DNA of 64,000 nt from Eledone cirrhosa (GCA_964016885.1 OZ024752.1:50220001-50284000); one strand, 5' to 3'; shown: positions 15,755-30,000, counted from the stretch's first letter. The notes: generated by a model not told the origin, from the letters alone. A program made the numbers and translations.

Positions 15755-15941
15755 ACAATTGATGGGTTGTGGTGCACCTGGGCACTGTGCACAATATTTC
15801 ATTATTGTTATTGTTATTATATCATGACTCATACACTGTTTATTTTCCTGACATTTGTACATTATTCTATGTACTATACATGCACCTTTGATGAGTTGTA
15901 GTGCACCTGAGCACTGTACACAATAATTTCATTATTATTAT
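15755..15941 (+). mobile_element. Two short tails of the same CR1 family (another at ~12205-12275)
   Basis: gatgagttgtagtgcacctgagcactgtacacaataatttcattattatt matches the 3' ends at 22.6 and 46.8 kb. Confidence 0.75.
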
Positions 15942-16535
15942 CACATCTGATTTGAGAACTAAGAATAAGAAACAACCATAATTTGAAAATGTACTTAACA
16001 AACGTTTACACAAAGATATTTACTTTCATCACAACTAAAGAAAAATTATCATCTATAATTGATACAAAACTTAATAATATTCACTATGTTTCATAAAAGC
16101 AACAAGCATGGAGTTTTGTAGTTGGTTAGGTTTTTTTTGTTTTGTTTTGTGGTTTGTTTGTTTTTTTTGTTTGTTTGTTGTTTTTTTTTGTTTTTTTTTT
16201 CATCAGGAATTATTATTTCCAATATATTTTCAGTCGAATTAAATTAAATATTTTCATAATTAAATTGTTTGAGTACAGAAATTTTTTTTTTTTTTTTTTT
16301 TTAGATTAACATGGTAAGCTGTTAGAGTTACAAACTTTTAGAGAAAAGAACAAAATGCTGAAAGTCAAAAGATAACTAAATTTAACAATGGTGGTCAATA
16401 TAAATTCATTATTATCTCAATATTGTCTGCGGCTTCAAGATATCTCTGACATGTATACAATATATATACATACACATACATATATATATATATACACACA
16501 CACACACATATATATACATACACATACATATATAT

Positions 16536-16575
<40 letters not shown>

Positions 16576-16762
16576 GTGCACATAACAGCAGATTTAGAGA
16601 AATATTTTATGTACATGTGTATTTGCAGTATATATATATATCATTATCATCATCATATATATATCATCATCATCATCATCATCATCATCATATATATATA
16701 TATATACACACACATACACACACATATATATATTTAGAGTATATATATATATATACATATAT

Positions 16763-16804
<42 letters not shown>

Positions 16805-18766
16805 ACACACATATATACACACATACACATACATATATATATATTTATATATATACACACACACACACATACATATATATATACACACGCACACTCACAT
16901 AGATATATAGATATATACACACACATATATATATACACACAATATATATGTATGTATACTATACATACAGCCATAGATACAAATATGTACAGATGCCTAT
17001 ACACTCATAAAATAAATAAAAATTTGACAACACAAATGAAGAATATATATATAACACATTCTACTACAAACAGCAGAATATTATATTATGAACCCTTGTT
17101 TAAACACACACAACGGAAAACTACAGATACATATTAATAAAATAATCACTTTAGCAGCTGCATAAAACTGATATTGGCATGTATATAATTAATAAGAGAG
17201 ATGAAGTTGAAGTATAACATGCTAAATATAGGAAATTGTAACTTATAATTGAATCCCAGTTTGTTAGTTGTAAAACTACTCTTTACATTTTGTATAGTTT
17301 TTCGTTTTTCGTTTTTGGAAAAATATGGAATTAAATTAGAGATAAAATTATAATTTCAAGCTAAATTGACATTCTTTAATTTATTTTCTATTTTTGATAT
17401 ATCATTATATGAAACTATTTAACCAAACAGAAATTATTTATATTTCTGTATTTGACATTTCGTTCTTTCATCTATCAACTAAAATAAGAAAGAACACAAG
17501 CCAATACCTTCAACTAATATTTTATCTACAAATCTTCCACTTAAGCACTTTTAGCATCAACTGAGATAATGAATCGAAACCAAAATGTCTAAGAATTTGC
17601 TTATTTTCACCGATGTAATTTTAAAAACTAATGGATCTCTTTTGTAAAACCTTGTTTGTTTTTTTGTCGTTCTTTTGTAATGTTTTATTTCAGCAAGAAT
17701 TTGCTGTATGGCCTTTTTTGGTGTTGAGAACTTAAAAACTTGGCAGCTTTTAGTATATGCCCTTCTTGGGATTGGTGTGGAAAACTTGGTGGCTTCTGAT
17801 GTATGGCCTTTGTGGTGTGGATAACTTTTTTTGTCATGACACTTACATGACCACTTTAGATTGTGGACTGAGTGCTTTTTGTTGTGACACCTATACAACC
17901 AGTTTACAGTGTGGACTGAGCGCTTTTTGTTGTGACACCACCTACACAACCACTTTAGAGTGGGAGGGGTGTGGGGGCATACTATATCCCTATAAATTCT
18001 TGATTATTTTCAAAATGATTTGAAATCCCTAGGCAGTGTCTTTCTTTAGAAATATGATAACAAAAGGGTTAAGGTTTGTTTTGTATCCCTACTAATTATG
18101 CAGCTGTCTTAAACTTATCAACTGTTTCATGTATGCATGGCTAGTGTAGATTGTTTGCTCAGCCAATTGTTAACAACACTTTGTTATAGTTCCATTATTT
18201 GCTGATGCTAATACTCCAACACCACCAAAGCTACATAATAAAATAACTGAAATCTGTAAAAGAGGTAATTTTAATTCACACACTAAAAAAATAAAAGACA
18301 AAAGAAATATATTATTACTACAAGAATGATTATGTTTCAGCACCATCTTATTGGTTTAATAATTCAGACAAGTTTTTTTTATCAAAATCCCTTCCAAACC
18401 ATACATTATCTGTTAAACCTCCAGTATGATAATTACCACCAATATTCTCAACAGCAACTTTTAGACTAAGAAACTATATACATTAAGTACTTATGTAAAT
18501 TTTTTTAATCTTGAATAATTTCAAGTAGCAAAAGAAAACAAAATATTCACCTTTTTATTTTTAATGAAGAAAACTATACATTTATTTTACTTTAAAGTGT
18601 TTCATTATTTGAAAATTTTATTCAGCTTGTGTATTTATGTATCAAATTCGTCCATTTTCTTTTTTCGAATCATTTCTTATCATTTTCAAACACCAGCCCA
18701 TCACTTTGCTTTTACTCCTTATGTATAATTCTACAAAGGAATCATAAGAATGGCAGAGACAAACCC

Positions 18767-18800
<34 letters not shown>

Positions 18801-19042
18801 AAAAACCTAGGAGATTATAAGCCATTCAGATGATTAAATATCTTAACTGATTAATCCTTTCATTACCACATTTCTAATGAAAAATAGACACTACCTTATA
18901 ATCATCAAATAATATGGGAAATAATCAAGAATCTTGCTGGATTGAATAATATAACTTTCTCGTTATCAGGTTAGTGTTAGGAATATATCAAATATCTTTA
19001 CATGAAATTATGATGGAAGACTTTTAGATAAATATAAACACT

Positions 19043-19271
19043 TTAACCCTTTAACATTTACATTACTCTATATATACTATTGTATTTTTGAGGTAAAGGA
19101 TTTATGTTACATAATTATCTCACATAATATCGAATCTATGAGATTTTGATACTATTTATTTTGAGAACAATACCTTAACATCAGTATGAGCAGCCAGTTA
19201 AAACCGGTTTGACTAGAAAGAGGTGAGAGAATTCTGGCTGGATATGGCCAGTTTAAATGCTAAAGGGTTAA
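19043..19271. mobile_element. piggyBac-type MITE
   Basis: TTAA-ccctttaacattta ... taaatgctaaaggg-TTAA. Copies at ~21596-21808, 29152-29547, 37250-37477, 45864-46074. Confidence 0.75.
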
Positions 19272-21849
19272 GATAAACAGCTTTATATAATGGCTGAGGG
19301 CAGCAAATTTGAGGGAGGGGAAAGTTGATAAAATCAACCCCAGTGCATTACTGGTACTTTGTAATAAAGAAGTCTTTTCCCCGGAGGATGGTGAGGGAGA
19401 CACATTGGAAGAACATCATCATCATCCTCATCACCAGTTTACATTGATGACTTGTTTTGTTAAATGACTCAAAATTAAGGCCTAATAACATGGCCTATAT
19501 AGGACTGTGTGTGTGTGTATACATGTGTGCAAGTGAGAGGATGGGTGCATATGTGTGCATGTGTGTGTGAGTGCATATGTGTGTGTGAGTGCATATGCGC
19601 ATGTGTGAGTGTGGGAGTGTGTATGTGTGTGTGAGTGCATGTGTATGTAAGTGCATGTGTGTGTGTGTGTGCATATGTGTATGCATGTGTGTGTGAATGC
19701 ATGTGTGTGTATGTGTGTGTGTGAGCGAGTGCATATGTGTATGCATGTGTGTGTGAATGCATGTGTGTGTATGTGTGTGTGTGAGTGAGTGCATATGTGT
19801 ATGTGTGGCAATTTGATGACTCTTACATGAAAATTAACACCCAAGCTAAATAATTCAGACCAATTATGTTAATTATACAGTTTTACACTACTGTACTAAT
19901 TATCATCATCATCATCATCATCATCAATTATGATAATATTATTACAGTTTTCCTTATTCTACCAATTATAATAATGACTCCAAGAGTTTTCATTTCAATC
20001 ACTTTTCATGCAAATTTAGACCCAAAGAATAACCAAAAATCCTCCCCCCCCAAAATTGAAGGGTTAAATAATAAAAAAAATGGTGGTTCAATTTGTTTGT
20101 TTTTTTTCTGTTTTTTTTTCAAGTGTTTAAGAGAAATAAGTCTTAAATCCAAGATTAACTACCCTATCATAGTGTAGATGTATTGAGAGTAAGGTAGGTG
20201 GGGGTTCAGAAGTCTGGCATTATTTTATTAATATCAGTTGCCGTGACAATTGATTATAGATCTTTTTTTTTTAAATCAATAATAATAATAATAATAATAA
20301 TAATAATTAAAGAAAGATGTTTTTTTTTTTTTATTTTTTTTTTTTAAAAAGGGAAAGAAAAAAATGTTTTAAAAAAAGGCAAGAAAAATACTATGTTCTC
20401 CTTTAATTATTGGACACTTTAAAGCAATTGGTATCAGTGACTTGAAATTCAGTTATCTGTGTTTGCAACAAACATATTCACAACAATTAATGTACTGACT
20501 TCATTACTGGAAAGTTGTGTTCAGAAGCATGAAGCTAGCCTGGTTTTTGAACACAACTTTTGATAATGAAAAATCAAAATAATTAACATTTACTTTAATG
20601 AGAGATCGATTTCATATCAGGCTAAAATCAACATTATGTTCGTCAATCTCATTTGGTTTTGGGGACAATGTAAAATATGAATATTTTGTAATTATGGTCG
20701 TAGATTACAAGAAATAAACAGATACTCATTCAATATTTCTTTTATAACAAAATTTATCTTTGTTTATGCAGTAAACTTCATGTTGTAGACTTTATTTAAC
20801 TACTCACAGCACCGAAAATAATAATATCTGCAGAGTAATATAAATGGGAGCTTTTTAAAATTTCGGCAAAGGAAGTTAAAATAAACCATACTAACAAGAA
20901 CAAACATTACTCATTTAATTACTCTTGATCTTTTATTATCCAAAACAAAAATCTTTTATTTCATTTATGTAAAGAAACAATATTGAAGCTCTGCAAACTT
21001 TCTCCTTTTCACTAAAATTCCAATCAAATTTTATCCATTGTTTAAATTTTAAAGCTTTTAAAATGCAAATATTTGTCTTTTGACTGGTTGCCGTGAACCA
21101 GTAACTTTTTGACACTTTCCTTGCCAGGATTTCAATATCTAAAGCTAAAGAATAATTAGAATTGGATTAAAAGATGTGATTATTAAGAAAATAAACCAAT
21201 CAGGATTTTGGCACATTGATTTGACATAGTAGAAGAAGAATAGGGGGGGGGGAGAACATTTTTAATAAGAACATTTTAATAAGATGTTGTGGGGAAGGGG
21301 TAGTCATTTTTGTACATCTTTAGTTTATTTCATCTTTAGTTTTAGCAATAGGATAACACAACAACAAGCATTTTAAGGCCATTTTCCCAACTAAAGCACA
21401 ACTTAGCCTTGTGGTCTCCATGACAGACTTTACATTGATCATGGGGTCCTTTCTGAGACAACGTTTTACTGCCAGGTACCCACCCTTTCTGTCACCAATT
21501 ACAACACACAGATATAAACAAAAATACAATGAAGATAAAGGAAGCTAACTAAAATTTACAGTAATCTAGGATTTAAAACATGTTTTAAATAATCTTAATC
21601 CTTTACATTACTCTATATATATATGATTGTATTTTTGTGTAAAGGCTTTATCTTACATAATTATCTCACATAATATCAAATTTACAAGATTTTGATGTTA
21701 TTTATTTTGAGAACAATACCTTAACATAAGTATAAGCGCCTGTTACGGCCAGTTTGGAGAGAAAAAGGTGACAGAATTCTGGCCAGATATGCCCGGTTTA
21801 AATACTGAATACCAACGGTTGCAAATAAACCTCCTTTCAGATGTAACCA

Positions 21850-22655
21850 CATAAGAATACCCTCCATCAGGCATCTACCATACTCTGAACGCCTTACTTC
21901 CCTGGCATGGATACATTGAAGCTCCGACGTCTGGCAACTGACTTGGTAAACACCCACAAAATTATTAACCATCTTGCCAACAACAACCCTGAGTACCTTT
22001 TTGATTTCCATGTGTCTAACACATGTGGGCATGCCTACAAAGTCAGAAAACAGCACAGGTCCCATGACTTTCAGAAACATTTTTTCACACTCACAGTTGC
22101 TGAAGCATAGAACAAACTACCTGCATCAGTTATTAGCTGTCGAGACACTGCATCCTTTAAGGCCTCCATGGAACAAACTACCTGCATCAGTTGTTAGCTG
22201 TCGAGACACTGCATCCTTTAAAACCTCCATGGAAGAAACTACCTGCATCAGTTGTTAGCTGTCGAGACACTGCATCCTTTAAAACCGCCATGGAAGAAAC
22301 TACCTGCATCAGTTGTTAGCTGTCGAGACACTGCATCCTTTAAAACCGCCATGGAAGAAACTACCTGCATCAGTTGTTAGCTGTCGAGACACTGCATCCT
22401 TTAAAACCTCCATGGAAGAAACTACCTGCATCAGTTGTTAGCTGTCAAGACACTGCATCCTTTAAAACCTCCATACTTCCTGAGATTCTCCAACACTACA
22501 CCTAATATTCCCCCTCCATACACATACACACATGTATATCATGACTCATACACTGTTCACTTCCCTGACATTTGTACATTATTCTATGTACTATACATGC
22601 ACCTTTGATGAGATGTAGTGCACCTGAGCACTGTACACAATAATTTCATTATTAT
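21850..22655 (+). mobile_element. 5'-truncated CR1-clade LINE 3' end with internal 61-bp x6 expansion
   Basis: MDTLKLRRLATDLVNTHKII...GHAYKVRKQH..HDFQKHFFTL.VAEA(W)NKLP is a typical CR1 ORF2 C-terminus. The 3' UTR ends cacaataatttc(att)n. Confidence 0.85.
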
Positions 22656-23579
22656 CAAGAGCAAGTTAAACCTAAATAAGAGTGAATCACATCAACAACA
22701 ACAATTAAAGGCCTAGTGAACATGGAGCTAAACAACAACAAGACTCTAGTGTAGTGAACCAAGAACCAAACAACAGTAACAACAACACTCTTCAAACAGA
22801 GTGAATGACAAACTTGAAGCAATGATGGTGATAGAGGAATGAAGGGAAGATTGTACAGTAGCTGTTAGCCAGTTACTATAGTACAGCAGTCATTGGAACT
22901 AATAAATAGATTAGTGCAAAGTCTGCTGGTTCAGTCTTGTCCAAATTGAAATCTCTTATTATATAAATAATTATAGATGGATGTATGCATTCATAAATTA
23001 ATTAATATTGCTTAATATTTCAACTAACGTAGAGCAGAATAATAATATAATTATAATAAATAGTGTTAATAATAAATAATTTAACAAATCTCATACTATC
23101 TTAGTTTCAGCACACGATATCAGATCAAGTCATATACCAGACAAGTACAACTCAGAAAACATCATCATCATCATCATTTTATGTCCGCTTTTCCCTGCTT
23201 GCACAGCATCTCTCCACTTGTCACGGTCCTTCGTCATCTCCTCGGCCCATGTTTTTCGTGGTCATACATAAATATATATATATATATATATATACATCAT
23301 CATCATCATCATCATCATCATCACCGTTTAAGTCCATTTTCCACACTAGCATGGGTTAGACAAGTTGTCCAGTTGTGGGCAATGCTAGGTCAGGTGACCA
23401 TGCCTTGTTCATACAAAACTGATTTTGGCTTGGTTTCTACAGCTGGATGCCCTTTCTGATGCTAACCTCATTTACAGTGAGTGCTGGGTGCTTTTTGTCG
23501 TGACCCCTACACAACCACTTTCCAGTGTGGGTTGGGTGCTATGTTAAAAATCAATTAATATTCTTCTTTTATATATCAT

Positions 23580-23967
23580 TAAGGCCAACAATTTGATCGG
23601 GAGGGGAAAGTTGATTAAATTGACCCCAGTGTATTACTGGTGCTTTATCTTATCGACCCCATAAAGATGAAAAACAAAGCTAACCTCAGTGGGATTTGAA
23701 CTCAGAACATAAAGGGCCATAACTCTATGCTACAAAGCATGTTGTCCGACGCTCTACCGATACTGCCAATAATAATAATAATAATTGTTTCTACTTTTGG
23801 CACAAGGCCAGCAATTACCCCAGTGCATTACTGGTACTTTATTTCATCGACGCCCGTAAGGATGAAAGGCAAAGTCAACCTCGGCGGGATTTGAACTCAG
23901 ATCGTAAAGGGATGTAACTGTGCTGGAAAGCATGGCGTCCGACCCTCTACCGATACTGCCAATCCAC
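23580..23967 (-). mobile_element. Two tandem Meta-like SINE copies
   Basis: Reverse complements of 31297-31482 separated by (AAT)n. Confidence 0.75.
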
Positions 23968-24015
<48 letters not shown>

Positions 24016-24550
24016 TGATAATAATAATAGTAATGATAATGTAACTACAACATAAACAACTTCAATGCCATTTCAGAAGATTTATATGAGTCTCTTCCAA
24101 GAGGTAGTTAATTATTTTGCGATATGAGAAATGAAAATTTTTATGTACTTCTCAAATTTCAAATAAATTTACAGATGCTGATGATGATGATGATGAGAAT
24201 GAAAGTGTATAAGAATCAATATCATTTAAATGATATTTACTGCAGGTTTTTGTTGTTATTTTCGTACATATCGAAAAAGTAAAATATTTTAGAAATTTAT
24301 GATTATAAATATGAAAAATATTATTATTCGAGCTAATAATTAATTTTTACTTTTTCATTTATTATTGTTAATATTATTATGTTCATTCTTAGTTCTAAAA
24401 TATTTTATATTCAAATAATTCCTTTATATAGGCGTATGCAGACCCATATGCTGTATACAATATATTTATGAGTATTAAACATACATTTGGTCTTGCTGTA
24501 AGTATGTTAAGCTGTGATCAAATCACATCTATTTCTATACCATTGTAAGA

Positions 24551-24597
24551 CTGCTGTACACATGTATTTCAGAATTATTATTCATCATCAGCAGCAA
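24551..24597 (-). ncRNA. Type I hammerhead ribozyme motif
   Basis: Minus strand reads ttgctg CTGATGA t-gaat-aata-attc-t GAAA tacatgtg TA cagcag. Stem I 6 bp, stem II gaat/attc, near-palindromic stem III, GUA triplet. Confidence 0.75.
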
Positions 24598-24685
24598 ACA
24601 TTTGGTTTAGCTGGGGATATGTTAAGCTATGATCAAGTCACATCTACTGCAAGACCAGTGTAAGACTGCTGTACACATGTATTTC

Positions 24686-24980
24686 TCATTATCGCTGCCA
24701 TGTTCTGTCTCCAAGAGACGAGTGTCTGTCCTTAGGATATCAACATATGGTGGATGGGTGCTACACAAGAATGTTGAGGATGGCTCTAAACAAACATTAA
24801 TCAGAATACACTGAGGATGAAGAACTCAGAGCTGTACGGGAGCCTCCCAAAAGTCAGCTCGAAAGTAACACAGTGAAGACTGAGGTTAGCTGGACATGCT
24901 CACTGACGTCCAGAGTTGACACTGCACTCAGTGCCCTGCATGGAGACACACGAAGAGGAAGACCGAGGTTAAGATATGTA
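24686..24980. mobile_element. RTE-like LINE fragment with internal inversion
   Basis: The + part reads VDGCYTRMLRMALN...ELYGSLPKVSSKV...LRLAGH...RRGRPRLRYV. Its continuation (YVDILRTD...) lies on the - strand at 24686-24750. An uninverted relative is at 62580-62745 (-). Confidence 0.7.
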
Positions 24981-25019
24981 TACACACATATATACCGATT
25001 TACACTCATATATGTGAAG

Positions 25020-25262
25020 AAGGCACATGGATTAGTGGTGAGAGCATCGGGCTTTCAATCGAAAGGTTGTGAGTTCAATTCTCGGACTGGGTGATGTGTT
25101 GTTTCCTTGAGCAAGACACTTTATTTCACATTGCTCCAGTTTACTCAGTTGTAGAAATGAGATGATAGGGACTGGGGTCCCTATCATTAAATTAGCCAAG
25201 ACACCTCCAACGAGATATACCTTGGAGGAGGCCAGCTAAACCTGCATTGGTGTGAGCTGTCA
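25020..25262 (+). mobile_element. CORE-type tRNA SINE
   Basis: Same head and CORE as 57680. Reverse copies at ~6625-6866 and ~13440-13560. Confidence 0.75.
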
Positions 25263-25803
25263 CACACACACACACACACACACAACACACACAGACATAT
25301 ATATACTGATGCAAACAATATATACCTACACAAACATAAAATACCCTTATTCAGAATTACATTATATTAGTGTCACTGCTAATTAATTCCTTTATAAATG
25401 TAATCAATTTATGATTAATATTGAAAAGACAGGATATAAAAATGATATTGTGTTAGTATATATTTCTCTTGAAGACATTTCCAAGTGGTCTTTCAGATTA
25501 TGTCACAAACAAAAGGACAGTAAGTATGTTCATACAGACTCATAAACAACAACCTTTCAGGAAATGTCAAGAAATTGCTAAGTTTATCCTAGTTGTGTAA
25601 AATGCTAGAAATACGAAATATATATATATATATATATATTTATATGTATTTATTTGTATATGTATATATATATATATATGTGTGTACATAGTTATACAAA
25701 CTAAGTATATACATAAGTTTGTGTAAATCTAATGTTTAGTGAACATACATAATATATGACACTCACAAATATGTTTATAGTATATCCTGTCCACATAGAT
25801 ATA

Positions 25804-25846
<43 letters not shown>

Positions 25847-26739
25847 CACTTATATGTGTGTATGTGTGCAATTGCAACAATATATACGTATATATGTGTT
25901 TGTGTGCAACTATATTTTATATATATATATATACATATATATATGTGTGTGTGTGAATGCATTTATATATATATATATGTGTGTGTGTTTGTATGTGTGT
26001 GTTTGTGTGTGTGTGAAGGTATTGTTGAAATCATCAATGAAGAATCGGTGAGTTTTTGACCTCCACTTGACTTATGCAACTGACCTTTAATAAAATGTCA
26101 CCACAGTTCCAAGTTCTATCAGTAAACAACGCTTGTGTATATAGTAAGTTATTGGGGAAAAAATAAAACTTACTTCACAATTGCTCTTATATATATATTT
26201 AACCCTCCTCCATCCTTCTCTAACTACACCAGCTCTCATTTTAGTTTAGTTAGCAAGGTTGGGGGGGGGGTATTTTAGTTGTAAGTAACAGTTTCTAATT
26301 AAGGTACAAAGTCAGAAAATGACTTATGACTTATGAGATGGTGGTCTCATAGCTTTGTCTTAATTAAGGGTTTCTAATTAAGATACAAGGTCATCAAATG
26401 ACTTATGAGCTGATAGTCCCATAGCTTTGCCTCAATTAATGGTTTCTAATTATGACACAAGGGCTAATAAGGTGCCATGTTTAATTAAGGCACAAGGTCT
26501 AATTAAGACCCAATGGTTTCTAATTAAGGCACAAGCTCAACAAATGACTAATGAGCCAGTAATCCCATAGCTTATCTACTTAGCCCTTTAAATAAATCAA
26601 TATATTAATATAGATTATCTCAGAAATTATTAAAACAATAATGATTTCTAATTTAGGCACTAAGTTAGCAAATTAAGAGTGACATCCCACCCCCAGTACT
26701 TGTCTGGTACTTCATTTTATCAACTTTGAAGGAATCTTA

Positions 26740-27125
26740 GGTAATGACCGAAAGAATATGATCACGAATACCAGTGGCCAAAATGGGGTTCCTTTAAAAG
26801 GTCTTTGGAGTAACGTTACTCGATAGAATGCGTAGTTCAGAGATCAAAGAGTCATTCCAGGTAGAGCCGCTACTTCTCCAAATTGAGAGATCACAGCTCC
26901 GATACTACAGGTGTGTGGTTAGTATCTCTCAAGAAAGAATTGCTGGACAGGTAGATTTTTATGGGTAAAACCAACCCACAAGAAAACCAGGGGTAGACAC
27001 CGAGCATCAGCTTGGCTGGTATGAATTGAGGATCTAGCTGGAGATGGTTGCTTCTGACAGGACCTGCTGGGAGGAGTGTTTGAGGACTCTGCCCCCACGA
27101 CCCTCTCAGGAATATGTAGGAGGAG
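26740..27125 (+). mobile_element. Decayed RTE-clade LINE 3' fragment
   Basis: Reads VMTERI*SRIPVAKMGFL*KVFGVTLLDRMRSSEIKESFQVEPLLLQIERSQLRYY with in-frame stops, matching the RTE RT C-terminal pattern. Confidence 0.75.
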
Positions 27126-28101
27126 GAGGAGAAGAGGGAGAAGAAGAAGAAGTCAACTGACTGGGAAAGGAGGAGGGAGGACATTAAAATTGAATCTGGT
27201 ACATGACTGGTACTACATTTCATCAACCACAGAAGAACAACAGGCAAAGCTAACCTTGGTGAGAGTTGAAATCAGAATAGAGAAAGCAGAATAAATACTA
27301 TAAGGCATTTAAACTCTGCCAACCCCTCGCCCTCACCCCTCCTCCACCATTTTAGTTAAAACTCTTGTGATACCAATCTACCTAAAATGGCACCTGGTTC
27401 TGCAATACATTAAAAATAAAGTTAGATATGTTACTAAATCTATTGAAATTCTTGATTGCTTTCGAATTATTTGAAGATCATAGGCAGTGTCTTTTAATCA
27501 GGAATATATTAACAAAGGACTTAATTAATGAAGGTGATTCAAATTAAGAAGTCAATGAAAGTGATAGAACTGCGAGTGATTAGCAAGTGCTCTTCATAAC
27601 GTGTAACACAGATCAACATTGATATATGGTCTAGATATCTAGCTAGCACCGCAGTGAAATGCTTCTTCTTCTTCTTCTTCTTCTTCTTCTTCTTCTTCTT
27701 CTTCTTCTTCTTCCACTTATTCCAACCTGGCTGCATATGTGAATCTTGTCCTTGAAAATTATGAACAGAGGAGGTGACAGTACACACCCTTAGAAAAGTC
27801 CAACACCCACACGGTGAACACAAATACTAGGGCATTCATAGGGAGACATTAGGGCAACAAGAAGCTGTCCATTGACTGCATATTCCTACAGGACCTTAAT
27901 AATAATATTGTCTGTAGGTACAAACATGAAATGTATGGATGATGATCATTGGGTAAAGAAGCTATGAAAGAAGAAGACCAAAAGGGCAGAAATGGTGAAA
28001 GATTATTGCAGGACAATAGGTCACACTGCTCGCAGGGACTCCTTTTGCTGCCTGTCACCATCCAATTATATGGATTAGTGTAGCAAGTAAATAAATATAT
28101 A

Positions 28102-28761
28102 CATATACGCCAGGTCCTAACACAGAGGAACCAAACTCCCACTGTCACTGCTTCCATCTCTCATATACGCTAGGTCCTAACACAGAGGAACCAAACTCCC
28201 ACTGTCACTGCCTCCATCTCTCATATACGCCAGGTCCTAACACAGAGGAACCAAACTCCCACTGTCACTGCCTCCATCTCTCATATACGCTACGTCCTAA
28301 CACAGAGGAACCAAACTCCCACTGTCACTGCCTCCATCTCTCATATACGCTAGGTCCTAACACAGAGGAACCAAACTCCCACTGTCACTGCCTCCATCTC
28401 TCATATACGCTAGGTCCTAACACAGAGGAACCAAACTCCCACTGTCACTGCCTCCATCTCTCATATACGCTAGGTCCTAACACAGAGGAACCAAACTCCC
28501 ACTGTCACTGCCTCCATCTCTCATATACGCTAGGTCCTAACACAGAGGAACCAAACTCCCACTGTCACTGCCTCCATCTCTCATATACGCCAGGTCCTAA
28601 CACAGAGGAACCAAACTCCCACTGTCACTGCCTCCATCTCTCATATACGCCAGGTCCTAACACAGAGGAACCAAACTCCCACTGTCACTGCCTCCATCTC
28701 TCATATACGCCAGGTCCTAACACAGAGGAACCAAACTCCCACTGTCACTGCCTCCATCTCT
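28102..28761. repeat. 60-bp minisatellite, 11 copies
   Basis: Unit catatacgc(t/c)aggtcctaacacagaggaaccaaactcccactgtcactgcctccatctct. No spacers. Confidence 0.95.
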
Positions 28762-28817
28762 CTCAATCTCCCCCCCCCCCTCACTATTATGAGCAAATGG
28801 GGGGGGCCCACATGTTG

Positions 28818-28995
28818 GCCGCCGTGCAGCCGCAGCGGACAGAATAGAGAAGGTGTTTCCCTAGAAGATGGTGAGGGAGATCCACTGAAAGAGCCACTCC
28901 AGTTCACAAAGCTCACACTTGCGGGTAGCCAACTCTGTGCCAATGGTGGTAAGGAGGGAGGTCGCCCTAGGGTCAAAGACACCAGAAGTCTCAAC
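28818..28995 (-). mobile_element. Decayed CRE-like (restriction-like endonuclease) non-LTR retrotransposon C-terminus
   Basis: VETSGVFDPRATSLLTTIGTELATRKCELCELEWLFQWISLTIF*GNTFSILSAA matches the ET.G.FGP...LFQRIS..I.RGN..SIL motif. Confidence 0.65.
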
Positions 28996-29151
28996 TTGTT
29001 CATCATATTTGGCAGATGAAAGAGACTGCAGTTTATGTCATCACAAATCTACTTGATATATGTCTTAGCTTGGCTTGTCATCCTCTTTTATCTCCGGACA
29101 CAGAACCCGATAAGGGGAGATAACTAAAGAAAGAACACAAGAGGAGAGATG

Positions 29152-29547
29152 TTAACCCTTTAGCATTTAAATCGGTCATATCTGGCCAGAATTCTCTCAC
29201 CTGTTTCTGTTCAAACCAGCCATATCCGGCCAGAATTCTCTCACCTGTTTCTGTTCAAACTGGCTGTAACTGGCCATTCATACTGATGTTAAGGTATTGT
29301 TCTCAAAATAAATAATATCAAAGTCTCATAGATTCGATATTATGCGAGATATTATGTGAGGTAAAGCCTTTACTGTGAAAATATAATAGTATATATAGAG
29401 TAATGTGAGATAATTATGTGAGGTAAAGCCTTTACTGTGAAAATATAATAGTATATATAGAGTAATGTGAGATAATTATGTGAGGTAAAGCCTTTACTGT
29501 GAAAATATAATAGTAAATATAGAGTAATGTAAATGCTAAAGGGTTAA
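29152..29547. mobile_element. piggyBac-type MITE with internal 44-bp x2 and 62-bp x3 duplications
   Basis: Perfect TTAA-ccctttagcattta terminal inverted repeats. Orientation opposite to the 19043 copy. Confidence 0.8.
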
Positions 29548-30000
29548 ACTGGAGAGAACTAGTTGTCCTCATGCAATCATGGAGAAATTGAGGTAAAACT
29601 GATGATCATAATGAGAATAATTCCTCAGCCACCCTTAGGAGATGGCTACAAATTTTAGCAGGTGGTGTGTAGACAAGACTGTTGACCATAACTAATCAAG
29701 TAAATGACCCTTGTGTCAGTTTCAATGATGAGTACTGCCATTCTTCATTCAACAGATCTAACTATTCAATGAAATAAGCTCTAAGTGGCTGCATTTCTTC
29801 TTCACACAGTTCTAACTGTAATGAAATTCTCTGGTAGAATCAACATGATGACACTATAAGAAGAGTGTTAACCTTAACCAATTGAATTACAGGCTCAATC
29901 CATCAGATTTAGATATTCTGCCATTCACTTCCCATATACCCAATTCTACCTTCTAAAAATATTTATTTAAGACACACACAGACACAAACACATTTATATA

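Noticed and set aside
28102-28761. CRISPR-like array
   Set aside because: Pure head-to-tail 60-mers with no spacers.
29559-29590. CTGATGA-tca-taa-tga-GAAT
   Set aside because: The core lacks GAAA and there is no stem I pairing.
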